Below, one piece after another: positions 9,483 through 17,891 of a DNA stretch of 50,125 nucleotides. Each line of letters opens with the position of its first letter. The first letter of the stretch is position 1. Source of the DNA: an uncultured Chitinophaga sp. (GTDB lineage: Bacteria > Planctomycetota > Planctomycetia > Pirellulales > UBA1268); contig CAZMOU010000011.1 in NCBI GenBank assembly GCA_964567835.1, forward strand, positions 1 through 50,125. The letters run 5' to 3'. The notes beneath the pieces are model-generated. The model was not told the origin of the DNA and made no database searches. It saw only the letters and a program-made list of their open reading frames with translations. The translations under genes were made by a program, and so were the position numbers.

Positions 9483-10604
9483 ATGGATCCTTTTCGCGTC
9501 GCGGTCATCGGACGGACGGGCCGGGGGGACTGGGGACACGCGATCGACGAGGTGTGGACCACCGTCGACGGGGCCGGGGTGGTGGCGGCGGCCGACGAGT
9601 CGGCCGAGGGGCTGGCGAAGGCGGCCGACCGGCTCTCCCTCGACGCCTCCGATCCCACGGTCGTGTTCAGGGACTGGCGGGCGATGCTCGGCGCGGTGAA
9701 GCCCGACATCGTCTCGATCTGCATGCGACACATCGATTGCCATGCCGAGATGGCGATCGCCGCGGCCGAGGCCGGTGTGCGCGGCATCTTCATGGAGAAG
9801 CCCTTCGTGCGCACGCCCGCCGAGGCGGACGCGGTCATCGCCGCCTGCCGGAAGTCGGGCACGAAACTCGCGCTGGCGATGGTCAACCGGCACAGCCCGA
9901 CCTACGGCGTGGTCCGCGAACTCGTCGAGGACGGACGCATCGGCCGGCTCCTCGAGCTGCGCGGCCGGGGGAAGGAGGATGCCCGCGGCGGCGGCGAGGA
10001 CCTGTGGGTGCTCGGCAGCCACGTGCTCGACATGATGGCCGATCTCGGCGGGGCGCCGCAGTGGTGCCAGGCGATGGTGACACGGGGTGGACGGCCGATC
10101 GCGAAGGCCGACGCGGCCGAGGGTCCGGAGGGCCTCGGGCTGATCGCCGGCGACGCCGTCACGGCGACGTTCGGCCTCGCCGACGGACCGGTGGGCTCCT
10201 TCGCGAGCGTGCGCGAGGCGGGTCTCAAGCAGCCGAATTTCGGACTCACGCTCCTGGGGACGAAGGGCGCGATCCACATCCGCCCCGACTCGGTCCCGCA
10301 CGCCTTCTTCCGCGAAGCCCCCGCTTGGCGCGTCGACAAGGAGGTGCCGTGGCAGCCGATCGGCTCGGAGGGGATCGGCGCCGGGCTGCCGGCGGCCGAC
10401 GCCGACCGCGCCGCGGAACGCGCGGGATGGGCACGCCGGGCCGCCGCCGACCTCATGATGGCGATCCTCGAGGACCGCGAACCGACCGCGGGGATGTACG
10501 CCGGACAGACGACGGTGGAGATGACCGCCGCGATCTTCTCGTCGTCCCTCTCCGGCAGCCGCGTCGACTGGCCGGTGAGTGCCCGCGGCAATCCCCTCGC
10601 CTGA
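9483..10604 (+). CDS. Gfo/Idh/MocA family oxidoreductase
   Basis: 373 aa from ATG 9483 (AGGAG about 12 nt upstream). MDPFRVAVIGRTGRGDWGH start and FMEKPF motif. The upstream part of ORF 8349-10604 is antisense to the CDF gene. Confidence 0.8.
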   Translation: MDPFRVAVIGRTGRGDWGHAIDEVWTTVDGAGVVAAADESAEGLAKAADRLSLDASDPTVVFRDWRAMLGAVKPDIVSICMRHIDCHAEMAIAAAEAGVRGIFMEKPFVRTPAEADAVIAACRKSGTKLALAMVNRHSPTYGVVRELVEDGRIGRLLELRGRGKEDARGGGEDLWVLGSHVLDMMADLGGAPQWCQAMVTRGGRPIAKADAAEGPEGLGLIAGDAVTATFGLADGPVGSFASVREAGLKQPNFGLTLLGTKGAIHIRPDSVPHAFFREAPAWRVDKEVPWQPIGSEGIGAGLPAADADRAAERAGWARRAAADLMMAILEDREPTAGMYAGQTTVEMTAAIFSSSLSGSRVDWPVSARGNPLA

Positions 10605-10648
10605 TCGTTCCCCCATCCGGCCCCCGGGCCGCCGTCACGGAGTCCGCC

Positions 10649-11539
10649 ATGCACCCTCGCGCCCGCGTCCTCGTCCTCGTCCTCGCCCTGGCCCCCGCCG
10701 CGGTCCGCGGTGCCGACGGCGAGCCGCCCCGCGTGATCCGCCTCTGGCCGGACGGCGTGCCCGGCGACGCCGTGCCGGCCGACCCGGCGGAGAAGGTGGA
10801 ACGCGGCGCCGACGACATCCAGCGACGCTCCAACGTCTCCGACCCGCGGCTGCTCGTGCAGCCGCTGCCGCGCTCGGAGGGGGCGGGACGCGCCGCGGTG
10901 ATCGTCCTCCCCGGGGGCGGCTACTCGATCCTCGCCGACGAGCACGAGGGCACGGAGATCGGGCGCTTCCTCGGCGGGCACGGGATGGTGGCCTTCACGC
11001 TCCTCTACCGGGTGCCCACGTCGAAGTCGGCCGTGTCGGACGCCGGCCCGGTCATGGACGCCCAGCGCGCCGTGGCGATCGTCCGCGAGCGGGCTGCCGA
11101 GTACGGCATCGACCCGGCACGGATCGGATTGATGGGCTTCTCGGCCGGGGGCCACACGGCGCTCGTGGCGTCGACCACCCCCCCCGCCTTCCCGGGTGCC
11201 GCAGCGGGGGCCTCGTCGCGACCCGACTGCATGATCCTCGTCTACCCGTGGCGCGTCGTCGACCGGGAGGGGAAGGGGCTCTGGCCGGGGGTGGTCATCG
11301 ACGGGAACACGCCGCCGACGTTCATCGCCCAGACCGCCGACGACACCGCGTCGCCGGTGCAGGGGGCCCTCGCCCTGTTCGGCGCGCTCGTCGACGCCAA
11401 GGTGCCGGCGGAACTCCATGTCTACGAGCGCGGCGGCCACGGATACGGGCTGCGGCGCCGGGAGCAGGCGCCGGGCACCGCCGACTGGCCCCATCGCCTC
11501 GTCGACTGGCTCGGTGGCCGCGGCTTCACCCGTCCCTGA
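10649..11539 (+). CDS. secreted alpha/beta hydrolase (esterase/lipase-like)
   Basis: 296 aa. Signal peptide MHPRARVLVLVLALAPAAVRGA, VLPGGGY segment, and nucleophile elbow GFSAGGH. Confidence 0.8.
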   Translation: MHPRARVLVLVLALAPAAVRGADGEPPRVIRLWPDGVPGDAVPADPAEKVERGADDIQRRSNVSDPRLLVQPLPRSEGAGRAAVIVLPGGGYSILADEHEGTEIGRFLGGHGMVAFTLLYRVPTSKSAVSDAGPVMDAQRAVAIVRERAAEYGIDPARIGLMGFSAGGHTALVASTTPPAFPGAAAGASSRPDCMILVYPWRVVDREGKGLWPGVVIDGNTPPTFIAQTADDTASPVQGALALFGALVDAKVPAELHVYERGGHGYGLRRREQAPGTADWPHRLVDWLGGRGFTRP

Positions 11540-11568
11540 TCCGGCGCGTCGCGCGGGAGGGTCGAAAA

Positions 11569-11686
11569 GGCCATGCCCGGGGAGGGCCCTCGGCAGCATC
11601 CGTGCCCATGGGGTCCTGTCCGTGGCGTGAAACCTGACCGGATGAAACCGACAGGGTCAACCTGTTCCGCTCACCCGGGCATGGCC
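11569..11686. repeat. 118-bp element bounded by a 13-bp perfect inverted repeat (GGCCATGCCCGGG / CCCGGGCATGGCC)
   Basis: Arms at 11569-11581 and 11674-11686, between convergent genes. The interior has a CCCATGGG palindrome (11605-11612) and an ACAGG-GTCAA-CCTGT hairpin (11651-11665). Confidence 0.6.
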
Positions 11687-11718
11687 AATGTGATCGCGGG
11701 CAACCCGCCCGGGACCGG

Positions 11719-12198
11719 TCAGCCGATCAGCTCCTCGAGGCGCGGCCCGAAGCGCGGCATCTCGGCGGCGATGAAGCCGGCGAAGGCCTCCGGCTGCCAG
11801 AGTTCGACGCACACCGCGGCCCCCACCACGAGCAGATCGCCCCCCGCGGCCACCCCCAGGAACCCCCGGAAGCCCTCCGGGATCACCAGGCGCACCCGGC
11901 CGGCGAGTCGGACGGGGTGGTGTCGCGTCGAGAGGAGTCGGCCGAGTTCCTGAAGCCCGGTCGTGTGCGTGCTCCAGACACCGGCCCCGAGCTTGGACCG
12001 CAGGACCGCGATCGCGGCGTCGAGGCGCGGCTTCCAAGTGGAGGCAGGCCAGAGGGAAAGGCACCCCGGACGTTCCTTGGCGAGCACGAGCCCGCTCCCG
12101 CCCGCCGCGAGCGTGCTCACGAAGTCGGGGGGAAGCGACAGTCGGAAGCGACCGTCCAGCGTCCGCACATGCTCGCCGATCAGGATGTCGCCCGACAT
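11719..12198 (-). CDS. mraZ: MraZ-family transcriptional regulator
   Basis: 159 aa from ATG (CAT 12196-12198). MSGDILIGEHVRTLDGRFRLSLP plus a second half RLAGRVRLVIPEGFR match the duplicated SpoVT/AbrB-like MraZ architecture. The first DxxxR is intact; the second reads AxxxR. Confidence 0.75.
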   Translation of the reverse strand: MSGDILIGEHVRTLDGRFRLSLPPDFVSTLAAGGSGLVLAKERPGCLSLWPASTWKPRLDAAIAVLRSKLGAGVWSTHTTGLQELGRLLSTRHHPVRLAGRVRLVIPEGFRGFLGVAAGGDLLVVGAAVCVELWQPEAFAGFIAAEMPRFGPRLEELIG

Positions 12199-12263
12199 GC
12201 GCCATCGTCTCGCCGTCCCCCTCCGTGGCCGGAATGCGGGTGCCGACGTCCGATGACCCGGCA

Positions 12264-12323
12264 TTTGGGTCTGAAACCCACGAGAAAGCTCTTCGAAAGC
12301 CTTCTTTGGGTCTCTTTCCCACG
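12264..12323 (-). promoter_or_regulatory. duplicated 19-nt operator-like unit upstream of mraZ (plus strand TTTGGGTCT-N4-CCCACG, twice, 41 bp apart)
   Basis: Units at 12264-12282 and 12305-12323. On the coding strand they read CGTGGG-N4-AGACCCAAA. Each unit carries two inverted TGGG half-sites. The proximal unit ends 66 nt upstream of the mraZ ATG. Confidence 0.5.
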
Positions 12324-12429
12324 CGGGCGAGAGTGTAGCCGCTCTTCCCGGGGCTGCAAGCTCCGCGGGGCCGGCTGCGGGAATCCCCTCGAAGGGGCGA
12401 GCGGGGGCCGGACCGGACGGGGGACGACG

Positions 12430-12690
12430 TCAGTGGCAGTCGGGGCAGTCGTCGGCCGGGACGGGCGTCGCGGCCTTGAGCGCCGCGGCTTCCTTGGAAA
12501 GCTTGAACTCGGGGCCCGCGGGGAAGTACTGGATGTCGTCCTGGAGGTAGTAGGCACTCGGGAGCGTCTGCCCGCCGACGTCCACCTGGCACCCGGTGAG
12601 GCCGACCCCGCCGCACGCCAGGCTCGCCAGCAGCAGGAAGCGTCGACCGACCAGCGGCGAAGTGACCACGGCGTGTGACGATTGCGACAT
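12430..12690 (-). CDS. small putative lipoprotein, unknown function
   Basis: 86 aa from ATG (CAT 12688-12690). Basic N-terminus, then LLLASLAC/GLTGC lipobox-like segments. Core GQTLPSAYYLQDDIQYFPAGPEFKL. Ends DDCPDCH. Confidence 0.6.
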   Translation of the reverse strand: MSQSSHAVVTSPLVGRRFLLLASLACGGVGLTGCQVDVGGQTLPSAYYLQDDIQYFPAGPEFKLSKEAAALKAATPVPADDCPDCH

Positions 12691-12949
12691 GATTCGGATC
12701 CCTGCGTCGGTGCTTCGGGTGGCCTTGGGGACGGTGCGGGTGACCGGTGTTGCCGGACCCACCCACCACGATCCGCCAGGGGTATCGGACGGTTCGGGCG
12801 TCAAACTTTGAAGAACCGGCACGACCGGTCGAATCGGGCCCCCCGCACCGGCCCGACGATCGCCTCCCTTGCCCAAGCTTCCGGGACCGCGGCGGCGGTG
12901 GGTCGAATCCCGATCGGTGCCCGACGGCGAGGCGCTGTACAACAGGGTC

Positions 12950-15900
12950 ATGTCGCGCCCCGCGTGCCCCTGCCTCCGTCGCGTCCGGACGGCCATGCTT
13001 GCCCTGGCGTTGGCCGGGGTCCCCTGCCTCGCCGCGGCGCAGATCGTCCCCCGGGGCGCGCAGACCGTGCCCACGCTGGCCTACGACGCGGCCCTCGCCG
13101 CCCTCGCCGCCGGGGACTACGGCGCCGCGCTCGACACCGCCGCACGGGATTTCGCCGCCGGCATCCGCGCGGGGAACCGGCGCTGGATCGACTCGATCGC
13201 GTCGGCCGCCGTGCTCGGCGAGACGCAGTGGGAGCTCGGGGCGCTGCGCGAGGCGGTCGCCGCGTACGACGAGGCCCTGCTCATCGGTGCCGCCAACGCG
13301 GAATGGCTGCTGGCGGTGCAGTTCCCCGTCCAGCCGCTCCAGGCGGTGCAGCGGCCGCGGGTCGCCACCTGGGGGCGGACCGCGCGCGGCACGCGCCCCG
13401 CGGCGCTTCCCGAGACGATGTCGATCCGCCAGGGAGGGGCCGACCCCCAGCAGGTGCTCCGCCAGGGGGGCGTCCTGGCGGCGCCGGTGAACGTGCCACT
13501 GCGGCCGCACGAGATCATGCGAGCGCTCGTCATCGCCCTCTACCGGAGGGGGACGATCCTCGGTCCGCTGGCCGGGGAGGGCACCGCGATCGACGAGATC
13601 AACACCGCGCTGGCCAAGCGGCCCGCCCCGGCCGGCCACTGGTCGCAGGCCTGGATCGACGTCGCCCTGGGAACGGCGGCCTGGTCGCAGGGTCGCCTCG
13701 ATCAGGCCGCGACGCTCCTCGAGCGCGGCGTGGCGATCGGCGGCAAACTCGACCATCCGCTCACTGCCTGGGGGCTGATCGTGGCGGGACGCGTCGCGAT
13801 GGAGCGTGACGACGCGCTGGGAGCGGCGCGGTTGTTCGAGGAGGCGAGCTACGCGGCCGCCGAGTTCGGCGACTCGAGGGCGCTCGAGGAATCGCTCCGG
13901 CGCGCGTTCGCCGCCCATCGGGCGGCCGGCACGCCCGGCGTTCCACCCGTCATCCAGGGAGCCTGCGAGTGGGCGGCGGGAACGCTGCCGGCGCTGCGCG
14001 TGACGCTCCTCGCCGCCGAGGCCGAGGTCCTGGCGTCGGCCGGGAATGCCCAGGGGGCCGCCGCACGTCTGGCGGAGATCGACCGGCGCTGGCTGCGTGC
14101 CGAAGGCGCGCGTGGAACCTGCGGCCCTTTCGTGGCCCACGCCGCGGCGCTGGCGGCCTACGCGGCCGGGGACGTCGCCTCGGGCGACGCCGAGTTCGCG
14201 GCGGCGTTGAACGCGGCCCGGCCGCGCTCCCCCCGGCTCTTCCAGTCGACGCGCGTCCTCGAGGAGTTGATGGCGGGCGCCGGGGCGATCTCCGACCGCC
14301 AGGCCGACCTCCTCCTCGCGCGTCTCCTGGGGGATCCATCGCCGCGCGAGTTCCTCGCCGACCCGCTCGATTCCCTCGTCGCCCTCTCCACCCCGCGGCC
14401 CGACGTCTTCGACGCGTGGGAGACGGTCGCCATGCGGCGGGGCACCGACGCCGCGCTCGCCGCCGCCGAGGGAGCGCGGCGGGCACGCTGGCTCGTGCTC
14501 CAGCCGGCCGGAGGGCGGAGGACGGCCGTGGCCGCCCTGCTCGGCGCCGATCCCGTCCGCCTGGGACGCGACGCCGCCGCCGAACGGAGGGCGATCCTCG
14601 ATCGCCATCCCGGCGCGGCCCGCCTCCTCGACGACGAGGTGCGCGTCCGCACCCCCTTGGCGGCGGCGCTCCTCGCCGCGGCGGGGCGGGCGCGCGAAGG
14701 GGGCGGGGCGCCGGGCGATGCGAAGGCGTGGGAGGAGTTCGCCCTGCTGTCCGCCAGGCGGCAGGCGCTCGTGGCACTGGTGGCTGCCGGCAGGGAGCCC
14801 GTGGCGATCGGGTTTCCGCCGCTGTACGCCCCCGCCGAGGTCCGCGCCCGCCTCGGGCCGGGGGAGGCGATCCTGTCGTTCCGCTGGAGCGCAGGCGGTC
14901 TCCGCGGCGCGCTCGAGACCCGGGATCGCGTGGCCACCTGGCAGGTGCGCGACACCGCGGCGCTGACGCGCGAACTGGGCCAACTCGGCCGGGCTCTGTG
15001 TCTGTTCGATCCCCACGCGGCCGTGCCCTCCGAGCGCATCGTCGCCTCCGATTGGCGGGCCAGGGCCGCGGTCGTGGAGCGCCTGCTCTTCGAGTCCTCG
15101 AAGGTCAGCCTCGCCGAGGGGATCACCGAGGTGGCCATCGTGCCCGACGGGGCGCTCTGGTATCTCCCGTTCGAGTTGCTGCCGGTCGGTTCGGCCCGCG
15201 ACCCCGCGCCGGAGGACGATCCGACCGCCGTCGCCCCCCTCCTCCGCGACGTTTGCCGCGTGCGGTACGCGCCGACACGATCGCTCGCGGTCACCGGCGC
15301 GCCGGCCGCCGCCGAAGCCCCTGCCGGGGCCGCTCCCGTCGGCATCCATGCCGGCCATTCACCCCGCGGCGAGAAGCCGGAGGCGATCGCCGCCGCCTCC
15401 CGACGCCTCGTCGGGGCCATCGATCGCGGCCTCGATCTCGTGCCGCAGGCCGGCGGTCCCGGTGGCGAACGCCTCACGCTCGAGGCGGCGCTGTGCGAGG
15501 GGATCGTGGTCCTCGACGAGATCGACCTCACCGGCGACGCGCCGGTATCGGCACGCGGCTTGTTCGGGCGTCCGGAGCGGTCGCCGAAGGGGGGCGTGAC
15601 GTTCGCGGACTGGCTGGCCTCCCCGCACAAGCGTCCTTCGCGCGTGATCCTCGCGGGGGTGCAGACGCCGATGGCGTCCGGCCTCGCGAAACCGGTGGCC
15701 CGCCCCGGGGAGGAGCTCTTCGTCGCCGCCACCGACCTGCTCGCGGCGGGGGCGCGCACGGCGCTTCTGTCCCGCTGGCGGACCGGCGGCAAGTCGTCGA
15801 CCGACCTCCTCGCCGAATTCATCCGGGACACCGACGCGCCGGGGTCGAGTCCGGCGGCGAGTTGGTCCAGGGCCGTCGACGTGGTCACGCCGGAGGAGCC

Positions 15901-16087
15901 GGATGCGGCGCTCGAGTCGCGGATCCGCACCGTCGTGCAGAGCCCGCTCGAGGACCTGCGTCATCCCTTCTTCTGGGCCGGGTACATGCTCGTCGACGGC
16001 GGAACGACCCCCCCGCCGCCGACGCGGGAGCCGGCCCCCGGCAAACCCGCCGCCGCGAACCCGCCGGCCGCCAAGGGGGCGCGATGA
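12950..16087 (+). CDS. secreted helical-repeat protein with C-terminal CHAT-like domain
   Basis: 1045 aa from ATG 12950. Signal peptide MLALALAGVPCLAAAQ and an Ala/Leu-rich repeat body. C-terminal CHAT landmarks: VAIVPDGALWYLPFELLPV, LLAAGARTALLSRW, HPFFWAGYMLVDG. Confidence 0.65.
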   Translation: MSRPACPCLRRVRTAMLALALAGVPCLAAAQIVPRGAQTVPTLAYDAALAALAAGDYGAALDTAARDFAAGIRAGNRRWIDSIASAAVLGETQWELGALREAVAAYDEALLIGAANAEWLLAVQFPVQPLQAVQRPRVATWGRTARGTRPAALPETMSIRQGGADPQQVLRQGGVLAAPVNVPLRPHEIMRALVIALYRRGTILGPLAGEGTAIDEINTALAKRPAPAGHWSQAWIDVALGTAAWSQGRLDQAATLLERGVAIGGKLDHPLTAWGLIVAGRVAMERDDALGAARLFEEASYAAAEFGDSRALEESLRRAFAAHRAAGTPGVPPVIQGACEWAAGTLPALRVTLLAAEAEVLASAGNAQGAAARLAEIDRRWLRAEGARGTCGPFVAHAAALAAYAAGDVASGDAEFAAALNAARPRSPRLFQSTRVLEELMAGAGAISDRQADLLLARLLGDPSPREFLADPLDSLVALSTPRPDVFDAWETVAMRRGTDAALAAAEGARRARWLVLQPAGGRRTAVAALLGADPVRLGRDAAAERRAILDRHPGAARLLDDEVRVRTPLAAALLAAAGRAREGGGAPGDAKAWEEFALLSARRQALVALVAAGREPVAIGFPPLYAPAEVRARLGPGEAILSFRWSAGGLRGALETRDRVATWQVRDTAALTRELGQLGRALCLFDPHAAVPSERIVASDWRARAAVVERLLFESSKVSLAEGITEVAIVPDGALWYLPFELLPVGSARDPAPEDDPTAVAPLLRDVCRVRYAPTRSLAVTGAPAAAEAPAGAAPVGIHAGHSPRGEKPEAIAAASRRLVGAIDRGLDLVPQAGGPGGERLTLEAALCEGIVVLDEIDLTGDAPVSARGLFGRPERSPKGGVTFADWLASPHKRPSRVILAGVQTPMASGLAKPVARPGEELFVAATDLLAAGARTALLSRWRTGGKSSTDLLAEFIRDTDAPGSSPAASWSRAVDVVTPEEPDAALESRIRTVVQSPLEDLRHPFFWAGYMLVDGGTTPPPPTREPAPGKPAAANPPAAKGAR

Positions 16088-16995
16088 GCGCGGCGTGGGC
16101 GACGATCGCCATGTTGGCCGCGTCGCTGCCCGGCCCGCTCCCCGAGCGCTGGGAGGGCATGGCGCTGCTCGCCGCGGTGACCTTCGCCGCCGCCGCGATC
16201 AACTCGGTGGCCGGCGGCGGCACGATCCTCACCTTCCCCCTCCTGGCCGCGCTCCTCCCCCCCGATCCGGCGCGGCTCGTCACCGCGAACGCGACGAGCA
16301 CGCTCGGCCTCTGGCCGGGAGCGCTCGCCGCCGCCTGGGCCTCCCGCGGGGAACGGGCCGGGCTCCCGGAGTGGACGCGGGGGCTGGTCGGTGCGAGCGT
16401 CGCCGGCGCGGTCGCCGGCACGCTCCTCGTGCTGGTGCTGCCCCCGGCCTGGTTCGCCCGGGCGGTGCCCTGGCTGATCCTCTCGGCGGCGGTCCTGTTC
16501 ACGCTCCAGCCCCGGCTCGCGGCATGGGCCGCCGCCCGGCGGACGCCCGCCGCGGTCGCCGTCCCGGAGACCTCCCCCCGGTCCTCCACGATCGCCGCCG
16601 CCCGCCTGCTCCAGTTCCTCGTCGCGGTGTACGGCGGCTATTTCGGCGCCGGCATCGGCATCCTCATGCTCGCGGTGCTCGGCTGCCTCGGGCTCGGCGA
16701 CATCCATCGTTCGAACGCCGTCAAGAACGCGCTGGCGACGGCCGTCAACGGCACCACGGCGGCGGTGTTCCTCCTCGCCGCGTGCCTCCCGGCGGGGGCG
16801 GCGCCGGGGCCCTGGGGGGGTACGGTCGGACCGGTGCTCGTCTCCTGGCCGCACGCCGCCACGATGGCGTTGGCCTCGGCGGCGGGGGGGACCGCCGGGG
16901 TGCTCTGCTCCCGGAGCCTGCCGGCTCCCCTGCTCCGTCGCGCCGTGGCACTCATCGGCTTCGGCCTGGCTGGCTATCATTGGTTCCACGCCTGA
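16084..16995 (+). CDS. TauE/SafE (DUF81) family anion permease
   Basis: 303 aa. ATG 16084 overlaps the upstream stop (ATGA). Multi-TM protein with INSVAGGGTILTFPLL and YGGYFGAGIGILML segments. Confidence 0.8.
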   Translation: MSAAWATIAMLAASLPGPLPERWEGMALLAAVTFAAAAINSVAGGGTILTFPLLAALLPPDPARLVTANATSTLGLWPGALAAAWASRGERAGLPEWTRGLVGASVAGAVAGTLLVLVLPPAWFARAVPWLILSAAVLFTLQPRLAAWAAARRTPAAVAVPETSPRSSTIAAARLLQFLVAVYGGYFGAGIGILMLAVLGCLGLGDIHRSNAVKNALATAVNGTTAAVFLLAACLPAGAAPGPWGGTVGPVLVSWPHAATMALASAAGGTAGVLCSRSLPAPLLRRAVALIGFGLAGYHWFHA

Positions 16996-17010
16996 ACCAG
17001 CCGGACCGCG

Positions 17011-17886
17011 ATGATCGTCGAAACGGACAACCTCACGAAGCGGTATGGTGCGTTCACGGCGCTCGACGGATGCTCCCTCGGCGTCCGTTCGGGGGAGGTG
17101 TTCGGGCTGCTGGGTCCGAACGGGGCGGGGAAGACGACGTTCCTGCGGCTCCTCCTCGGGTTCATCCGGCCGACCTCCGGAACCGCCCGGGTCGCGGGGC
17201 ACGACTGCCGGCATGCATCCACCGCGGTGCGGGCGTCCACCGCCTATCTTCCGGGGGAGGCCCGGGTGTTCCGCCGGATGGACGGGCACGAGGTGCTCCG
17301 TTTCTTCGCCGGCCTGCGGCGGGAGTGCCGGCACCACGACGCGCTGCAGGTGGCGCGGCGTCTCGACCTCAACTGCTCCCGGCAGGTGGCGAGGATGAGT
17401 ACGGGGATGCGGCAGAAACTGGCGCTCGCCGTGGTGCTCGCGACCGACGCCCCGCTCCTCATCCTCGACGAGCCCACGGCCAATCTCGACCCCACGGCCC
17501 GGGCCGAGGTCCTCGATCTGGTGCGCGAGGCACGTGACGCCGGTCGGACGGTGATCTTCTCCTCGCACGTCCTCTCCGAGGTGGAGGCGACGTGCGACCG
17601 TGTCGCGATCCTGCGCAGCGGGCTGGTGGTCCACGAGCAGTCGATCGAGCACCTCCGTCGCCACCATCGGATCACGGCCCGGCTCGACGGGCCGCTCGGC
17701 GAGGTGCCGGAGGAGCTCCGCGGCCGGGTGACGGTGGGGCGCGACCGGGAGGGCAACGTCGTGCTCGACGCGCCCGACTCGCTCGGTCCCCTCCTCGGAT
17801 GGCTCGCCACGCTCCCCCTCGGGGAGGTGCGCGTCGATCCGGTGGGACTCGACGGCGTCTACGATCGTTTCCATCGACAGGGGTGA
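17011..17886 (+). CDS. ABC transporter ATP-binding protein
   Basis: 291 aa. Walker A GPNGAGKTT, signature MSTGMRQKL, Walker B LLILDEPTANLD, H-loop SSHVL. Confidence 0.9.
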   Translation: MIVETDNLTKRYGAFTALDGCSLGVRSGEVFGLLGPNGAGKTTFLRLLLGFIRPTSGTARVAGHDCRHASTAVRASTAYLPGEARVFRRMDGHEVLRFFAGLRRECRHHDALQVARRLDLNCSRQVARMSTGMRQKLALAVVLATDAPLLILDEPTANLDPTARAEVLDLVREARDAGRTVIFSSHVLSEVEATCDRVAILRSGLVVHEQSIEHLRRHHRITARLDGPLGEVPEELRGRVTVGRDREGNVVLDAPDSLGPLLGWLATLPLGEVRVDPVGLDGVYDRFHRQG

Positions 17887-17891
17887 CCGGC

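Noticed and set aside
11569-11686. Tested the inverted-repeat element as a tRNA or SRP (4.5S) RNA
   Set aside because: No T-loop GTTCGAATC-type sequence and no cloverleaf. The reverse strand has GGTCAGGT, reminiscent of SRP, but lacks the GGAA/GCAGCC domain IV motifs.
11657-15358. 1233-aa minus-strand ORF
   Set aside because: It runs antisense to, or out of frame with, mraZ, the lipoprotein gene and the CHAT-like gene. Low-complexity R/G/P sequence with no motifs. Third-position G/C bias favours the frames I called.
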